From IMG/VR virus record IMGVR_UViG_3300023371_000005: a stretch of 64,000 bases of DNA; one strand, given 5' to 3'. The notes under the pieces are model-generated. The model was not told the origin of the DNA and did not search any database. It worked only from the letters and a program-made list of their open reading frames with translations. Shown piece after piece: positions 37,785 through 47,303 of the stretch. Both the position numbers and the translations under genes were made by a program. The stretch comes from a virus. Its lineage: Duplodnaviria; Heunggongvirae; Uroviricota; Caudoviricetes. Every line of letters starts with the position of its first letter. Position 1 is the stretch's first letter.

Positions 37785-38234
37785 TTAGAATCCCTGACAC
37801 ATTTTTTCCAGCTTCGCCCAGTTGACGGAGAAGACATTGCGGAAACCCTCAAACTCCATCTCGGCGTAGTCCATGAAGTTCCGCAGTTCAGAGTAGCAGG
37901 GCAGATGGCCATCGAACCGCAGACCGAACTCACGAGCCAGCTTCTTGCACCACAGTTCATCCAACTGGTCTTCGGTGAACTTCTCGTGGGTCTTGGGGTT
38001 GATAACCACACGGACTTCCTTGTGGTAGGTAGTCTTCTCAGTGCGGACGACCTGCACCAGACCATACTCCCGGGCAGTTTCCAGACAGACGGAAGCGGAA
38101 TAGGGATAGCGACCATCGGAGAAGCGGTCACGAACCTCATTGAACTGCTTCTTGGTGAACTCAACAGGCAGAGCCTTGAAGGTTTCACGAGTCTTGGGAG
38201 CCAGTGCCATCATAGAAGAGAAATTGTGTGCCAT
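37785..38234 (-). CDS. Hypothetical protein
   Basis: GAGG RBS, own promoter. Confidence 0.7.
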   Translation of the reverse strand: MAHNFSSMMALAPKTRETFKALPVEFTKKQFNEVRDRFSDGRYPYSASVCLETAREYGLVQVVRTEKTTYHKEVRVVINPKTHEKFTEDQLDELWCKKLAREFGLRFDGHLPCYSELRNFMDYAEMEFEGFRNVFSVNWAKLEKMCQGF

Positions 38235-38695
38235 AATATTTTACCTCATTTCATTTATTTGGTGGGGCTTACCATCGTTTCCCTCACCTTGTATTTGTAT
38301 TATAGCATAGATTGTTTGGTTTGTCAAGAGGTTTTCTCAAAAAATTCCGGACTTTTTTGATTATCTCCGATACTTCTTGCCTCAAAAGACCTGTTTTAGA
38401 TTGTTGCCCCAGCTCATTCCTTGTACCCTCGGGCAAGGACTATGTCAGTCCGCAACTTCTCTCTTTCCGCTTTCTCTTGGCGATTTTCTCCGTCGAGGTT
38501 CCCCTCTTGACACAGTCATTGTACCACAGATTTTGGGATTTGTCAACTCGTTAAAATACACAAATAATCGCCGAAAATAAATGCCTAGGTTGGTTATTGT
38601 GCCAAATTCGGCGCGCCTGGACCGTGGGCGCGCCGCCGAACTTTTGTGCAAAATGACGAAAAATCCCTTTCCATTTCTGGAAAGGGATTCCAAAA

Positions 38696-39067
38696 TCAAA
38701 TCACATTGAAAAGGACAATCTTTTCGGGAATGTCCTTCCACTCGTTCCGACCGACCTGGATGCGGAGGGTGCGTCCGGTGATGAACTCAGTGCGCTGGAC
38801 TGCGCCGACCTTGACCAGCTTCCGCACATTCTGAGAAATCAGCTGAACAGTGGGAGCATGATACTCGGGGTTGTACTTCTCCATCGGGTAGCCGTAAGAC
38901 TCCCATCTCTTTCTGCCGACTACCTCGGCAATCTGTGTGGCAGTAGCACCGCACTCGCCGAAACCAGATAAGGCGCTCAGAATGTCGGACAGGTACTTGT
39001 ATCTTTTTCGGTTCTCACGGGTAGAACACTCAGCGACAGCAACATGGGCAAGATTAGGATTATTCAT
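38696..39067 (-). CDS. Hypothetical protein, possible winged helix
   Basis: ATATQIAEV...ISQNVRKLVKVGAV; conserved leader. Confidence 0.65.
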   Translation of the reverse strand: MNNPNLAHVAVAECSTRENRKRYKYLSDILSALSGFGECGATATQIAEVVGRKRWESYGYPMEKYNPEYHAPTVQLISQNVRKLVKVGAVQRTEFITGRTLRIQVGRNEWKDIPEKIVLFNVI

Positions 39068-39142
39068 AGTATCAATTCCTTTCAGTTCTCTTTTGTTGTA
39101 ATTATTGTATCATAGGTTTTCGGATTTGTCAAGAGGAAATTC

Positions 39143-39583
39143 TCAGATTTCTCTGAGAATTTCCATGATGTTCTGTACATCGTGGGGGATGCCAGTCCAT
39201 CCAGTTCTGTTCCGTTCCTCATCATCGAACAGAATGTCGAGAGGGGTTCGGCAGAACATTTCCTTAGGAGTGCCATAGGGAACGATGTTGATTTCATCCC
39301 AATGGACGGAGGGCAGATGTTCCGCAAGCCAGACCTTTTTGACTTCGGTAACTCTTGCGTTGTACTCTTTGCTTCCGCTCTTGGAAGTCCAGGAGATAAC
39401 GGAGAGCCGATAGCCTTGCTTCTGGAGTGCGTTCAGCTTGCGAGCCAGAGCGGAGAGGTTCAGCAGAGGTTTTGCGATTGCGTAGGGAGTGGTATCTTCA
39501 GCTTCCAGATAGGGGAGCCAGTTCTTGACACCGTAGAGGTCAGCGATTGTGCCGTCCATGTCGAAGTTAATTGTAACAGTCAT
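39143..39583 (-). CDS. HAD-superfamily (5'-nucleotidase-like) phosphatase
   Basis: FDMDGTIAD, ILFDD. Confidence 0.85.
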   Translation of the reverse strand: MTVTINFDMDGTIADLYGVKNWLPYLEAEDTTPYAIAKPLLNLSALARKLNALQKQGYRLSVISWTSKSGSKEYNARVTEVKKVWLAEHLPSVHWDEINIVPYGTPKEMFCRTPLDILFDDEERNRTGWTGIPHDVQNIMEILREI

Positions 39584-39633
39584 TTGATTCAGTTCCTTTC
39601 CTTTTTTGTACCTTAATTATAACACGGAATACC

Positions 39634-39834
39634 TCATTTGTCAAGAGGTATTCCAACAATTTTTCTGATTTCTTCATCTTTTTTGTAGTGTGTGAAAGAC
39701 TTGTCAAAGCAACATTCCACGATCCACAAATCATCTCCGGTGGAGTAGTTCACGACTTTCCACATTGTACCATGTTCGGGGAACACCAGACCGCACCGCA
39801 CATGAGTCAGGGATCTACATTTAATTTTATCCAT
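39634..39834 (-). CDS. Hypothetical protein
   Basis: GAGG RBS, own promoter. Confidence 0.55.
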   Translation of the reverse strand: MDKIKCRSLTHVRCGLVFPEHGTMWKVVNYSTGDDLWIVECCFDKSFTHYKKDEEIRKIVGIPLDK

Positions 39835-39889
39835 TTATCTCACCTCTTGATTATTGTATCATAGTTTGGAGATTTTGTCAAGCCCTTTT

Positions 39890-40450
39890 TTAGTAGGGCT
39901 TGGCAACTCTCTTTGCTTCCTTGGGGTCAATCAGAACACCAACAAAGCGGTCATTCAGCTGATAGGCTTCTTCATACTTGCCGATGAAATAAGCACGCAT
40001 CCGACTTTCACAGGCGATTGTGGCGGAGAGGTTGTGGCAGGGTTCGCACATTACAACTTCAAGCCGAACTTTTGCACCTGCCAACTTTTCATACTCGGCG
40101 ACTTCCTGCTGAAATCTTTCCTGCGGTTGTTCGCTTGTACCAATCTTGCTTGCGTACAGCAGACCAGATTCCACAAAGTACACATGGAGCAGATAGCAAG
40201 CAGAGCCGAACACTTCCCGCACCTTCCAATCAATGTAATGCTTGGTGTGGTTGGTTCTACCTCTTCCGCACTTAAAAGCGACCTTGTCTTTTTCCTTGAC
40301 GGTGAACCGCTTCATCCATGCTTCATACTGATTTGCCTTGTAAGCGGTCAGAACTGCTTTCCATGCCTTCTGGATGTGTCCTGCGGACAAGCCTGCGTTC
40401 TTACGGCGATTGTATTCTTTTACCAGACCCTCAAAAATAACCTCATTCAT
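39890..40450 (-). CDS. Possible GIY-YIG/T5orf172-like nuclease
   Basis: CYLL...SKIGTSEQPQERF...ACESRMR. Confidence 0.5.
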   Translation of the reverse strand: MNEVIFEGLVKEYNRRKNAGLSAGHIQKAWKAVLTAYKANQYEAWMKRFTVKEKDKVAFKCGRGRTNHTKHYIDWKVREVFGSACYLLHVYFVESGLLYASKIGTSEQPQERFQQEVAEYEKLAGAKVRLEVVMCEPCHNLSATIACESRMRAYFIGKYEEAYQLNDRFVGVLIDPKEAKRVAKPY

Positions 40451-40664
40451 TTTGTGTTCCTCTTTCCGGGTTGCCCCTTGATTTATAAGCCTAGTATACA
40501 CTATAAATCACGATTTGTCAAGCATTATTTTGGGATTTTTCAAAAAAAGTTTTTTGTGCAAATTGCCTATTGACAAATTGGCTGGGCTGTGGTATAATGG
40601 AAATAACGCGCCGGCTGGGTCGTGGGCGGCGCGCCGAAAAATAAAGTGAGAATTTCTTCTCACT

Positions 40665-40847
40665 TTACAGCTTGGTTCCAGAAGGTGACCGGAAAATCAT
40701 TTCAGTTTTCTTGTATGTGATTTCTGCGGTGGCTCCGCAACCACATTTGAATTTGCGATACAGCTGATGGGAAGTTTCTCCCTCGTAAACTACCTTGAAC
40801 TGTGCGGTGCTTCCGCAATTAGGACATCTCTCAACCATTATTATCAT
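40665..40847 (-). CDS. Small Zn-ribbon protein
   Basis: CPNCG...CGCG. Confidence 0.6.
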   Translation of the reverse strand: MIIMVERCPNCGSTAQFKVVYEGETSHQLYRKFKCGCGATAEITYKKTEMIFRSPSGTKL

Positions 40848-40894
40848 TTCCTTTCCTTTTGTTGTACTTATTATACCATGTAATTGGGGATTTG

Positions 40895-41173
40895 TCAATC
40901 CCCAATTTCACAACATTCGTAAGTATTTTGCGGGATGATGCAGTCCATCACATCAAACTTCTGTGCGTTGCCATGAATGAGATAGACATGAGCATTGGGA
41001 AACTCCCTCTGAATGTCTTCCAGATAATTGTAGAAGCCATTACACAGTTGTTCAAACCGTTCCTGTCTTTCGTCAATGCGTTCCTCGCACATCTGAGCGA
41101 GTGCCCGCAACTGTTCTTTGTTCATGTTTTTGACATTGTCGCAGAGGTCTGCGAATCTAACTGGATTCAACAT
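40895..41173 (-). CDS. Hypothetical protein
   Basis: Start after GAAAGGAG. Confidence 0.65.
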   Translation of the reverse strand: MLNPVRFADLCDNVKNMNKEQLRALAQMCEERIDERQERFEQLCNGFYNYLEDIQREFPNAHVYLIHGNAQKFDVMDCIIPQNTYECCEIGD

Positions 41174-41402
41174 GGTATCATTCTCCTTTCTTGAACTTCT
41201 GGCGATTGTATCGCTTGCCACTTTCTACCTTGCTTCCTCTCTTGCGGAAGTTCAGCCACTGCTGAAGTTCTTCGCCCTCTTTCTTGAATACTCGGCGATC
41301 CAGTTCCTTTTTCTTCTTTGCCATTGTTGTCAACTCCTTTGTTTTTCTATAAATATTATAACATACTTTTTATTTATTGTCAAGGGGAATTTTTCATTCC
41401 CC

Positions 41403-41717
41403 TTACATTCTCAGCAGAAACGCATACTTTTCATTGTTCTTGCGGACTCTGTTCTTCAATGCCACAGGCATCTTTTCATTGTAGTAGAAGGAAGAAACCT
41501 GAGCCATCGTTCCCATGTATCCGGTGATGAGGGTATCATCCTTGACTACCAAAATGATTCCGGTATCAGTCAGCTTTCTGGTTGCGTATTCGCCATGCCG
41601 GTAGCTTGTCTGTTCTCTGATGATTTCATTGAATCCCAGATGTTGGATGCAAGCGGTGAGTCTGTCAATCCGTTCTTCCTTAGCGTGGTAGGTCATTTCA
41701 AATCTCATAGTAGCCAT
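41403..41717 (-). CDS. Hypothetical protein
   Basis: AGGAG RBS, own promoter. Confidence 0.7.
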   Translation of the reverse strand: MATMRFEMTYHAKEERIDRLTACIQHLGFNEIIREQTSYRHGEYATRKLTDTGIILVVKDDTLITGYMGTMAQVSSFYYNEKMPVALKNRVRKNNEKYAFLLRM

Positions 41718-41803
41718 TGTTTTTATCTCCTTTTGTTTTCCTTTTTTGTACCTTTATTATAACATGAGTTTCGGGATTTGTCAAGGGGTTTTTTATTTAT
41801 TTT

Positions 41804-41983
41804 TCAAAACCCCATCAGACAGAACAGAATCATAACAACCAGACCTGTGAGGGTCAGACCCAAGGCCGCAAGGAAGTTTTCAAACATTTGCTTGTAATTC
41901 TTGCGATTGTCCACAGGACACCAGTCTGCGTAATAGATGTTCCGGCAGATGCGGAAGCGGATGTATTTGAACAGTTTCTTCAT
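41804..41983 (-). CDS. Small membrane protein
   Basis: Start after GAGGAG; C-terminal TM segment. Confidence 0.6.
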   Translation of the reverse strand: MKKLFKYIRFRICRNIYYADWCPVDNRKNYKQMFENFLAALGLTLTGLVVMILFCLMGF

Positions 41984-42050
41984 GGCTCTTGGCTCCTCTC
42001 TTTTGTTGTCTTCATTATAACACAAAAGAGGCTTGTTGTCAAGCCCCTTT

Positions 42051-42332
42051 TTAGAAAATTCTAATAATTTCATCGTCGTAAATGTCATTTGTACCCATGT
42101 CATCAAACTCAATCCAGACCTGCTGCCCCAGTTCGAAGGATTCTCCCTCTTCCAGTTCCCAGACCCAGACCTCGCCAGAAGCATCCTCAAAAGCAACAGC
42201 CTCTGCATTGACTTCGCACACAGTAGCACTTACTTCATTAGCATCACTGTAGAGACAGTCTACGAGCATCCATCCGCACACCATAGCCAGAGCCAGCATT
42301 CCTACGCACAGTACTTTTCTAATCATTGTCAT
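42051..42332 (-). CDS. Small exported/membrane-anchored protein
   Basis: Start after AGGAG; N-terminal hydrophobic segment. Confidence 0.6.
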   Translation of the reverse strand: MTMIRKVLCVGMLALAMVCGWMLVDCLYSDANEVSATVCEVNAEAVAFEDASGEVWVWELEEGESFELGQQVWIEFDDMGTNDIYDDEIIRIF

Positions 42333-42490
42333 TATCTCCTTCGTTGTTTGTACCTGTATTGTATCATGAATTATGGGATTTGTCAATCGTCAAAATACAC
42401 AAAAGAATTGCGTTTTTTATTTGCTGAGTTGTGCATTTCGCCGAAGTCTAGGCAGGTGGCGGTCGTGTGCGGAGACAAGTAAAGGTCTGC

Positions 42491-42709
42491 TTATTTGCAG
42501 ACCTTCATGATTAGTCTCTCATAGCTTAGTCCTGCCACAGCACACAGAGACCGCAGGTTCTCTTTGACGTACAGCTTCTCTGCATAGGCAAGTGTGCCCT
42601 TCGGCTTGTCCATCATGCGCATGATGTAGTTGTACTGATAGGTCTCGCGCAGGCTAGGCTTGCGCTCTGTGATGATGTCGAGCATCTTGTTGATGGCTGT
42701 CTTGTTCAT
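42491..42709 (-). CDS. Hypothetical protein
   Basis: AGGAGG RBS. Confidence 0.7.
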   Translation of the reverse strand: MNKTAINKMLDIITERKPSLRETYQYNYIMRMMDKPKGTLAYAEKLYVKENLRSLCAVAGLSYERLIMKVCK

Positions 42710-42723
42710 TGTGTGTGCCTCCT

Positions 42724-42891
42724 TTACTTGATGGTGATGGTGGTGTGCTTGGTGTACTTGCTAGTCTTTACATCTACGATGGTATCCTGGTAGGCTCTGT
42801 TGCTGATGCTGTGGAACTCTACGGTGGTGTTCTTGTCTTCTACCTTGTTCAGCAGAGCGATCAGTTCAGCGACGGTCATGGTGTTCTTCAT
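42724..42891 (-). CDS. 55-aa hypothetical protein (MKNTMTVAELIALLNKVEDK...)
   Basis: AGGAG RBS; below the ORF-track cutoff. Confidence 0.65.
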   Translation of the reverse strand: MKNTMTVAELIALLNKVEDKNTTVEFHSISNRAYQDTIVDVKTSKYTKHTTITIK

Positions 42892-43063
42892 AGTGTGTAT
42901 CTCCTTTACTCTTGGGTTGTGTCCCTCTCTCTTTGTGTCTTTATTATAACATTACAGGAGTTATTTGTCAAGCTTTTTTTTATTATTTTACACACTTTTT
43001 TTTCTACAGCCTAGCCCTACGGGCCAGTTAGGGAGCCTGTGGGTCGTGGTCGGTGGCTACTCC

Positions 43064-43435
43064 TTACAGAGTAGCCATTACCTTAGCAAGCTCTTCAGTA
43101 CTCATGCTCTTGTAGTGTTCCATGATAGCCTTGAGCATCTTGTTGCGCTTAGTCTCTTCTTCTCTCTCTGTGTTGCGCTGTGCTCTGTACTCGTCACGCT
43201 CAGCCTCTGTGTCGAACCACGTGTACTGTCCGTAGAGGTAGCCAACCTTCTTGCCCTGTGCGGTGTAGATGTTGATGATGCCTTTGTTGTTGTTGATGTA
43301 CATGACCTCGGACCAACCACCTTCGTTGTGGATGTCATAGATGTTACGCTTGGGGATGTTGTGGGCTTCGATGTAGTCCTTGGTGTAGAGCTTCTGTCCG
43401 TTGATGTGGTACAGTTCGTTTACGTTGTGCATCAT
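43064..43435 (-). CDS. Hypothetical protein, first gene of the early block
   Basis: AGGAG RBS; promoter at about 43.49-43.52 kb. Confidence 0.75.
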   Translation of the reverse strand: MMHNVNELYHINGQKLYTKDYIEAHNIPKRNIYDIHNEGGWSEVMYINNNKGIINIYTAQGKKVGYLYGQYTWFDTEAERDEYRAQRNTEREEETKRNKMLKAIMEHYKSMSTEELAKVMATL

Positions 43436-43873
43436 AGTGATTATCTCCTTTACTTTGTGAGGTGTGTTCCTCTGTTTTTTGTAGCTTTATTATAACACAC
43501 GGGTGAGAGTTTGTCAAGGGGTTTTAGGAAATTTTTTTATTATTTTTTTTCTTTGGAATGTGGCAAAATTTTCTCGAACCTCTCAAGATAACGCAAAATC
43601 GGCTCTGCGCGCACGTCGCCGAGCCGAGCAATTAGGGGGTGCTTTGTAGGGGGTGGGTATCTGTCATGTGTCAGAGAGTTTAGAGACATGGACAATAGAC
43701 TCTGTATTTTCTGCCGGATGAAAAACCGGGGGTGTATTTCGGGAAAAACTTTTTTTTCGATAGGCCAAAACTTTTGCGCTGGGCAATACAATCTTGAAAT
43801 CAATTTTCAATTTCGGAATACGATTCTGGGATAAAAAAAAGGAGAACGGTATTTTACCATTCTCCTCAAATTT

Positions 43874-44377
43874 TTACTGGCGCGCAAATGTGACTGCCGT
43901 CGCACTGGTTGGGTCGGCGCAATTGCTTGTAACATATGTAATTGTATCGTTCATAACGCTCCAATTAGCCTCTGTGTTTCCCAAGATTCGTCTCAATACT
44001 TCCTCGTCCAATGTTACACTGAAGGAGTCCCCTGGCATCGCGTAGGCAGAGGCCGCCGCAAGCGTCTCTTCTTCTCTTGGATCTTCAAAGACAGTATTCA
44101 TTCTGGCAAAATAGTGCCAAACATATCCATATCTATCTTCGCAAGTTCCAATGTAGTCGCAATCCATCCAAACCTCGTCCGGTAAATCCCAACCGGTACC
44201 CCAGGCCACAATATCCCAACTTCTCTTGGCGTGGCGATTATTGCCATCCAAATCTACAACACCCCAGACCGTTGGTAAATTATCCTGGAGTCCTACATGC
44301 AGCCAATCAATAACATGGTCATTGATAGTCACAACTTCGCCATCTCTTGGCAGTCTATACTTATAAATTTTCTGCAT
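43874..44377 (-). CDS. Hypothetical protein
   Basis: Operon packing. Confidence 0.7.
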   Translation of the reverse strand: MQKIYKYRLPRDGEVVTINDHVIDWLHVGLQDNLPTVWGVVDLDGNNRHAKRSWDIVAWGTGWDLPDEVWMDCDYIGTCEDRYGYVWHYFARMNTVFEDPREEETLAAASAYAMPGDSFSVTLDEEVLRRILGNTEANWSVMNDTITYVTSNCADPTSATAVTFARQ

Positions 44378-44615
44378 TTTGCTTTTCCCTTTCAGCCTCA
44401 GTTGCTTCTTTATCCAATCTTACACATAAAAACCAGCTATTGTCAATAAAAGCAGTAAAATATTCTACTCTATCGCCAATTTCAATTTGGAACTTATTTC
44501 TCAAATGCGCCGGGATGATAATTCGACCAGAACCGTCAACCTTGTAATTCATGTTCTCAGGAATCAACTGAACACCATTAATCCATCCGCTTTGTGGCAT
44601 TGGTACAACCTCCAT
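44361..44615 (-). CDS. AbrB/MazE/SpoVT-family DNA-binding protein
   Basis: KVDGSGRIIIPAHLRNKFQIEIGDRVEY. Confidence 0.85.
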   Translation of the reverse strand: MEVVPMPQSGWINGVQLIPENMNYKVDGSGRIIIPAHLRNKFQIEIGDRVEYFTAFIDNSWFLCVRLDKEATEAEREKQNAENL

Positions 44616-44889
44616 TCTTATAGAAAATACACATCATGCTACAGTTTCCATCGCCTGTTTCGCACGGACTGTAACCATATTGTTCTATTAGATCCAGAAT
44701 GTGCGGACAGCGCTCCACAAACATCCGGAAGTAATCATATCCATACATATCTAAAATGCGGCGAGCCTTATAAAAATCTCGTTCTCGTCTGTAATCCTCG
44801 GTCATTGGATACCATGCGGCCGACATACGCTCACGAGATCCTTCCCACATTTCTTCCACTTCTAATAAAATACTTACCCACTTATCCAT
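44578..44889 (-). CDS. Hypothetical protein
   Basis: Operon packing. Confidence 0.6.
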   Translation of the reverse strand: MDKWVSILLEVEEMWEGSRERMSAAWYPMTEDYRRERDFYKARRILDMYGYDYFRMFVERCPHILDLIEQYGYSPCETGDGNCSMMCIFYKNGGCTNATKRMD

Positions 44890-45661
44890 CCTTAAGCTCC
44901 TTAGCTTTCACAACATTTTCCAAGAGAGCCAATCGTGTCAATAAACCAACACCTCCGGGGACTGGAGTTACATTGCGCCCCTCGGTATTGTAACAATCTC
45001 CAACTAGCTTTCCATCTACAAAATTTATGCCCACATCGACAACTGGAACATGAATTGGATAACAATTCAAAAATCCCGGTTTGCCGACGGCGCTTACAAT
45101 CAAATCACTACTATACAAATGATTTGACAATTTGGAATGACTATGACACAAGGTGACCGTTGCGTCCCTATCAGTCATCATTTTTGCGAGAGGCTTACCG
45201 ACAATATCACTTCTGCCGATAATCATGACTTCTTTACCTTCAAAATTGAAACCACAATAATCCAAATAATTCATAATTCCAAGAGGAGTTGCGGGTTGGA
45301 ATAAACTATCACATCTAAATCCATCCACATCTTTTTCTCTGGGGATTGCGGCCTGCGCGACCTTGACGCGGATATGGGGCGGGAGTGGTAGTTGCACTAT
45401 GACGCCGTCATAAAATTCAACCATATGCTCTAATTGGTCATCTAATTCAAATTCAGTGGTTTCTGTGGGATAAAAATAAGTGTGTGCGGTGATGCCGATT
45501 TCATCACAATCTTTCATCTTATTTCTAATATAACGATTTGATGCTTCATTCTCACCAACTTGGACAATTGCTAGGGTGGGAGGAAATTCCATTTTAGAAA
45601 CTTTTTCCTTCAACTCTTGTTTGCGTTCATTTACATAACTCTTAATATCCTTTAGCTCCAT
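44882..45661 (-). CDS. folD: Methylenetetrahydrofolate dehydrogenase/cyclohydrolase
   Basis: YIRNK, IVQLPLP, KDVDG, IIGRSDIVGKP, TPVPGGVG. Confidence 0.95.
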   Translation of the reverse strand: MELKDIKSYVNERKQELKEKVSKMEFPPTLAIVQVGENEASNRYIRNKMKDCDEIGITAHTYFYPTETTEFELDDQLEHMVEFYDGVIVQLPLPPHIRVKVAQAAIPREKDVDGFRCDSLFQPATPLGIMNYLDYCGFNFEGKEVMIIGRSDIVGKPLAKMMTDRDATVTLCHSHSKLSNHLYSSDLIVSAVGKPGFLNCYPIHVPVVDVGINFVDGKLVGDCYNTEGRNVTPVPGGVGLLTRLALLENVVKAKELKDG

Positions 45662-45866
45662 CGTCGCTCCATCCTTCCGGTAAAAAACAATCTAAAAGTG
45701 CCTCAAGCACATTTGCGGCCGCGAATATTGGGCCACCAATAATGAAAATCAATCCTACTGCCAATCTATCACCTTCCGATAAATCTTTACACAAAGGTGC
45801 ATATTCAATCATTGCCAGGAGCGACATAACAGCCCATAAAATGGTAATCACTATCGTTTGTGCCAT
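45642..45866 (-). CDS. Small membrane protein
   Basis: Two TM-like segments. Confidence 0.6.
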   Translation of the reverse strand: MAQTIVITILWAVMSLLAMIEYAPLCKDLSEGDRLAVGLIFIIGGPIFAAANVLEALLDCFLPEGWSDDGAKGY

Positions 45867-46147
45867 ATATATCCTTCCTTCGGAGTATACTCAGAAGTTA
45901 CACTAAGATTATCGTAGGTATTTTTTGGCACTCTTGAAGTCCAAAAATAAAAAGCCGTTGCGGCGACCGTTATAAACATCCATAAGATTATTGTAATCTC
46001 CACTCTTACACTCCTTTTATTATTTTCTTATAATTATTATATCAAAAAATTTTTTCTTTGTCAAGTTTCTTGTCCGAGGTCAAAACCTGTTTATCAAAAA
46101 ATATTCTCTTTCATAAATAAAAAGTGTCAAAATTTTTCCGGAAAAAC

Positions 46148-46176
46148 TTGACAATGAAAAATTTTTCTGGTATAAT
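46148..46176 (+). promoter_or_regulatory. Promoter of the morphogenesis operon
   Basis: TTGACA-17-TATAAT with TG; divergent from a minus-strand promoter at about 46.04-46.06 kb. Confidence 0.8.
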
Positions 46177-46206
46177 AATATCAATGAGACTGGAGGTAAG
46201 ATAATC

Positions 46207-47259
46207 ATGTTGAAATTAGATTATACTTTAGAATCTCCAGAAGAGAGAAGAGAATTGGTTGAAAAAATTCTAGCTGAAACCCCTAATCCCTCAGAGGCGT
46301 ATCTAGAAACTTTAGCTGATTATCTAGTTCTCTGTATGGAGAAACAAGAGAAAAAGGAGCGCAAACTATTAACTGATAACCGTATGGCTACAGTCAATAA
46401 GCGAGAAACTTCTTATGAAGGTCTTGTTTCCCAGCTAGAGAATGGCGAAGACGGCATTTATAATATGATAACTAATAATAAGAATACGATTTTCCAGCCA
46501 AAAGTAATGATAACTAAACAAGATGTAGAAGAAATACCCGGTATGTAGCAATTGCGCGACGCCATCAAAATGTGGGAAACAAAATTAAAGAGTGCCTCCG
46601 GGCGAGAAGCATTTATTATTAAGAGTACAATTATTGAATTGCGAAAAGATCAATATGTTTTGAAGAACGCTTATCGTAAACCAATTGTACCAACTAAAAT
46701 CACTCGTTCAAGACACGATATTCCTTTAGATGATGATTTCTGGTTTGATGACGAAGGCTATATTGTTCCAGAGGGTGTTTCTTTATGTAATCCAAAAGTA
46801 GTCTCAGCAATTCTTTGTAACTACTCCTTATGTAAACAAGAAAGTTGGGGAGAGTTTGAAAAAGATTTATGGTACTTGATGGATGACTTTGACAGAGTTG
46901 CGGATGCTGCTTTGAAAAATTATCCATTGTATGAACGAATTGTTGAGTATAAAATTGATGGATTACAAAATATTGATATTCAAGAAAAAATCCAAATGGA
47001 GTTTGGGATCAAGCATAGTTTGGAATATATCTCAAGTTTATGGCGTAATAAAATTCCAAAGATCATTGCGTCCGAGGCGGAAGATAGACTCTTAAATTGG
47101 TACTTCATGAATGAAATGAAGGGCAAATACAAAAAGTGCAGTCGTTGCGGGCAAGTCAAATTAGCTCACAATAAATACTTTAGTAAAAATAAGACAAGCC
47201 GAGATGGTTTTTATAGCATTTGCAAATGCTGTAGAAATGCGAAGGCCAAAAGCGTGTAA
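46207..47259 (+). CDS. Hypothetical protein with HTH-like segment and C-terminal Zn finger (one in-frame TAG)
   Basis: ORFs 46207-46548 and 46552-47259 are in one frame, separated only by TAG 46546-46548. Confidence 0.75.
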
Positions 47260-47303
47260 TTCCTCGCTGCTATTTTCATATTTTGTAAAGGAGGAATTTA
47301 TAT

